A stretch of DNA of 64,000 nt, taken from assembly GCA_038198605.1 (NCBI GenBank), contig JBBPZS010000125.1, positions 19,362 to 83,361 of the forward strand, written 5' to 3'. Shown in pieces: positions 60,821-64,000 of this stretch. The notes below the pieces were generated by a model. The model made no database searches and had not been told where the DNA came from. It saw nothing but the letters and a program-made list of their open reading frames with translations. Position numbers and translations under genes: made by a program. Within the stretch, counting starts at the first letter, position 1. Each line of letters starts with the position of its first letter. This DNA comes from Chthoniobacterales bacterium (GTDB lineage Bacteria > Verrucomicrobiota > Verrucomicrobiia > Chthoniobacterales > UBA10450).

Positions 60821-62392
60821 ATGGCCAATCAATCTCTCTGGCAGCGCTTTCAAAGCTACTATCTGCGCTACGACGACCTCGGCTTTTCGCTCGACATCAG
60901 CCGGATGCGTTTTCCCGACGGCTTTCTCGAGAAGATGGAGCCGCAGGTGGCGAAAGCCTTCGCCGCCATGCGCGACCTGGAAGCAGGCGGGATCGCCAAT
61001 CCGGACGAAAACCGGATGGTCGGCCATTACTGGCTGCGCGACCCGCAGCTCGCGCCTAACGACAAGCTGCGCGCCGATGTGGAGGAGACAAACGCCCGCA
61101 TCCAGAAATTCGCTTCCGACGTGCACGGCGGCCGGATCGCCGCGCCTAACGGAAAGCCGTTCGAGCGCGTTCTGCTCATCGGGATCGGCGGCTCGGCGCT
61201 CGGGCCGCAGTTCATCGCCGATGCTCTGGGCTCGGCGGCCAATCAGATGGAGATTTCATTTTTCGACAACACCGATCCGGACGGTTTCGATCGCGTCTTT
61301 GCCAAAATCGGCGCTGGCCTCGCGCAAACGCTCTCGGTCGTCATCTCCAAGTCCGGCGGGACCAAGGAAACGCGCAACGGCATGCTGGAAGCGAAAGCGC
61401 ATTTCGAGCGGGCCGGTTTGGATTTTGGGAAACAGGCGGTGGCAGTCACCGGCGTGGGAAGCGAGCTCGATCTATTTGCGGAGAAGAACGGATGGCGGGC
61501 GCGTTTCCCGATGTTCGATTGGATTGGCGGCCGCACCTCGGTCATGAGCGCGGTCGGTCTCCTGCCCGCGGCGCTGCAAGGCCTCGACACGCAAGCGCTC
61601 CTCGCGGGAGCGGCGGCGATGGATGCGCACACGCGCGCGCCGGAGTGCGATGAAAACGCCGCCATGCTCCTCGCCCTGATGTGGTTTTACGCCGGCGACG
61701 GCCAGGGAAAGAAGGATATGGTCATTCTGCCCTACAAGGACCGGCTCGCGCTCTTCAGCAAATATCTGCAACAGCTCGTGATGGAGTCGTTAGGCAAAGA
61801 AAAGGATCTTGCCGGCAAGGTGGTGCACCAGGGGATCGCGGTTTATGGCAACAAGGGCTCGACCGACCAGCACGCCTATGTGCAGCAACTGCGCGACGGC
61901 GTGCCGAACTTTTTCGCCACCTTCATCGAGGTGCGGCAAGACCGCGCGACCGACCGTTTCGAAGTGGAGCCGGGGGTGACGAGCGGCGATTATCTGCAGG
62001 GTTTTCTGCGTGGGACCCGCGCCGCCCTTTACGAAGGCGAGCGCGACTCGATCACGCTCAGCATTCCGGAGGTGGACGCCTTTCACGTCGGCGCGCTGAT
62101 CGCGCTCTACGAACGCGCGGTCGGGTTTTACGGTTCGCTGGTGAACGTGAACGCCTACCATCAACCGGGAGTGGAGGCGGGCAAAAAGGCGGCCACGCGC
62201 ATCCTGGAACTGCAGCCGCGGGTGCTGGGCGAGCTTTCAAACTCGGGCAAAACCGCTGAGGCGATTGCCCATGCGATCGACGCCGACCCGGAAGATGTTT
62301 ACCACGTGCTGCGGCACTTGGCGGCGAACGACCCGAAAATGCAGGCAACCGGCGAGGAACCCGGGGACGAAAAATTTTCGCGGATCGGGTAG
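60821..62392 (+). CDS. pgi: glucose-6-phosphate isomerase
   Basis: [19 protein letters not shown], and [14 protein letters not shown] motifs. Start taken at MANQSLW. Confidence 0.9.
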   Translation: MANQSLWQRFQSYYLRYDDLGFSLDISRMRFPDGFLEKMEPQVAKAFAAMRDLEAGGIANPDENRMVGHYWLRDPQLAPNDKLRADVEETNARIQKFASDVHGGRIAAPNGKPFERVLLIGIGGSALGPQFIADALGSAANQMEISFFDNTDPDGFDRVFAKIGAGLAQTLSVVISKSGGTKETRNGMLEAKAHFERAGLDFGKQAVAVTGVGSELDLFAEKNGWRARFPMFDWIGGRTSVMSAVGLLPAALQGLDTQALLAGAAAMDAHTRAPECDENAAMLLALMWFYAGDGQGKKDMVILPYKDRLALFSKYLQQLVMESLGKEKDLAGKVVHQGIAVYGNKGSTDQHAYVQQLRDGVPNFFATFIEVRQDRATDRFEVEPGVTSGDYLQGFLRGTRAALYEGERDSITLSIPEVDAFHVGALIALYERAVGFYGSLVNVNAYHQPGVEAGKKAATRILELQPRVLGELSNSGKTAEAIAHAIDADPEDVYHVLRHLAANDPKMQATGEEPGDEKFSRIG

Positions 62393-62463
62393 CGCTCGCC
62401 GCCTCACCGCCTAAATTCGCTCCGCCCGCGCGCCGAAAACGACGCGCGCGGCTCTCCTACAAA

Positions 62464-63144
62464 TTGCAAGCTGAGCCACAAATCCCATGGAACGAGCTGA
62501 CGAAATTCATCGGCCAGCTGAGTCACGATCTGCGCAATCACCTGAACGCGATCGAGCTGCAGGCGGCGTTTCTGAACGAGCTCGCGACCGACCCGGAAGC
62601 GAAGAGTGAGATCGGACGGCTGCGCGAAATGACAGGCGAAATGAACACGCACTTGCAGCGTCTTTCAAACTCCCTCGCCCGCCTTCAACCGAGCACGATG
62701 CGTTACCTGGCGGCGGAATTCGTCGAGGACCTGCAGGCCAAGCTCGGACTGGAAAAGCCGGAAATGGCCAAGGCGATGGAATGGAAAATCGCGTTAGGGG
62801 AAGAAGCCCTGGAAATCGATCCCCATCTTTTGCAGGAGGCGTTTCTCGAGCTCCTGAGCAACGCTGCCGCTCACGGCCGCGGGGAAGGCGCGCTCGTTTT
62901 CGAGGCCCGCCGCGAAGGCGAAACGGTTGAATTCATCCTGCGTGAACCGAAGACGAAATTCGAAGGTTCGACGGAAAACTGGGGACACCGTCCGCTCGGA
63001 CGGCTCCGGAGCGGCCATTATGGTCTTGGCCTCTTCCGGGCAAACGCTATTTTTGAAGCGCACCATGGCACGCTCCGCGCTCAATTCGATCCGCCCACTT
63101 CCACCCTGGTCACGACGGTCTCGCTTCCGCTCCTCGTTTCCTGA
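62464..63144 (+). CDS. cytoplasmic histidine kinase (HisKA-like H-box plus HATPase_c)
   Basis: H-box LSHDLRNHLNAI; C-terminal N- and G-box-like segments (LLSNAAAHG, HYGLGL). Non-ATG start. Confidence 0.65.
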   Translation: MQAEPQIPWNELTKFIGQLSHDLRNHLNAIELQAAFLNELATDPEAKSEIGRLREMTGEMNTHLQRLSNSLARLQPSTMRYLAAEFVEDLQAKLGLEKPEMAKAMEWKIALGEEALEIDPHLLQEAFLELLSNAAAHGRGEGALVFEARREGETVEFILREPKTKFEGSTENWGHRPLGRLRSGHYGLGLFRANAIFEAHHGTLRAQFDPPTSTLVTTVSLPLLVS

Positions 63145-63180
63145 GCCGGCGCTTTGCCGCGGCCGCAGCTGGAACTTTTC

Positions 63181-64000
63181 ATGACTTCGGATAATCGACG
63201 CATTCTCATCATCGACGACGAGCGTCCGATCCTGATGACGCTTGAGGCATTGTTAGGCCGGCACGGTTACCAGGCCGATGTCGCGGCCAATGCTTCGACC
63301 GGTTTTCGTCTTCTGCAAAGCAAAGCGCATGCTCTTGTCCTGCTCGATCTGCAACTGCCGGATGCGGACGGATTGCACATGCTGGAGCAAATCAAGGCCG
63401 ACCATTCCGACACCCAGGTCATCATTCTGACCGCGCACGATTCGCTGAACAACGCGATCGAGTCGATCAAGCGCGGCGCCTACCATTTCATCAGCAAACC
63501 GTATGCGCCGGAAGAGCTGCTCAGCCTGGTCGAGAAAGCGCTCGAGAAACAATCGCTCCTGCGCGAAACGATCGAGCTCCGCCAAACCACCCAGAATCTA
63601 AAACAGCGCCTGGCCCAGGCCGAGACCCGGCTGGCGCCGATTTTCAAGAGCAAGGTAATGCAGCAGATCGATGACCTGATCAGCGCGATGGCGCCTTCCG
63701 AAGCCAACGTCCTCATCACGGGCGAGAGCGGCGTGGGCAAGGAAGTGATCGCGAACGTCATTCACAGCCGGAGCCGGCGGGCGGAAAAGCCGATGGTGAA
63801 ACTGAATTGTGCCGCTTTCCCGCAGGCCATGATCGAGGGCGAACTTTTCGGCTACATGAAAGGCGCCTTCACCGGGGCGACGAATGATTTTCGCGGCATG
63901 ATCGCGGAAGCGGACGGCAGCACGCTTTTTCTCGATGAGATTTCCGAGATGCCGGCGGATTTGCAGACCCGCTTCCTGCGCGTTCTGCAGGAGCGCGAAT
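63181..64000 (+). CDS. sigma-54-dependent response regulator (NtrC family), 3' partial at window edge
   Basis: Receiver domain (ILIIDDE...LLDLQLPDADG...KP) followed by an AAA+ domain with Walker A GESGVGKE and GAFTGA. The frame is open to the window end. Confidence 0.9.
   Translation, partial: MTSDNRRILIIDDERPILMTLEALLGRHGYQADVAANASTGFRLLQSKAHALVLLDLQLPDADGLHMLEQIKADHSDTQVIILTAHDSLNNAIESIKRGAYHFISKPYAPEELLSLVEKALEKQSLLRETIELRQTTQNLKQRLAQAETRLAPIFKSKVMQQIDDLISAMAPSEANVLITGESGVGKEVIANVIHSRSRRAEKPMVKLNCAAFPQAMIEGELFGYMKGAFTGATNDFRGMIAEADGSTLFLDEISEMPADLQTRFLRVLQERE

Overview
High-GC bacterial chromosomal segment. Gene content and repeat style suggest a soil Verrucomicrobiota-like organism, but that is inference only. 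Core genes: sdhA (3' end) and sdhB, a DedA-PAP2 fusion, a 2-oxoacid dehydrogenase E1alpha/E1beta/E2 operon, Fe-S assembly genes (NifU-like, SufT-like), rplI-dnaB, tkt, two cell-wall enzymes, an MFS transporter, metH (split in two), a frameshifted ClC channel, a three-gene pseudopilin operon, a fatty-acid desaturase, tRNA-Pro, tRNA-Glu, an RRM protein, infA, icd, an M2 peptidase, pgi, and a histidine kinase plus NtrC-type regulator (runs off the 3' edge). Accessory content: four tandem arylsulfotransferase-like paralogs with twin uncharacterised C-terminal domains; an integrase island remnant at tRNA-Glu; an exosortase/polysaccharide locus; a decayed toxin-antitoxin cluster; two RAYT (IS200-like) genes with REP arrays; and three four-helix-bundle genes (23S rRNA IVS protein family), each bracketed by inverted low-complexity repeats. 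One of these is interrupted by a 267-bp GIY-YIG mini-element. The most unusual signals are: (1) the 8-mer CCTAACGA is about 25-fold over-represented, occurs in every reading frame and is scarce in accessory regions; (2) the four-helix-bundle cassettes sit exactly in operon spacers and have gene-less derivatives; (3) repeat elements are inserted in frame inside conserved enzymes (metH linker, WecG-like, exosortase, carbamoyltransferase). All calls come from reading the sequence and ORF translations by eye. No searches were run.
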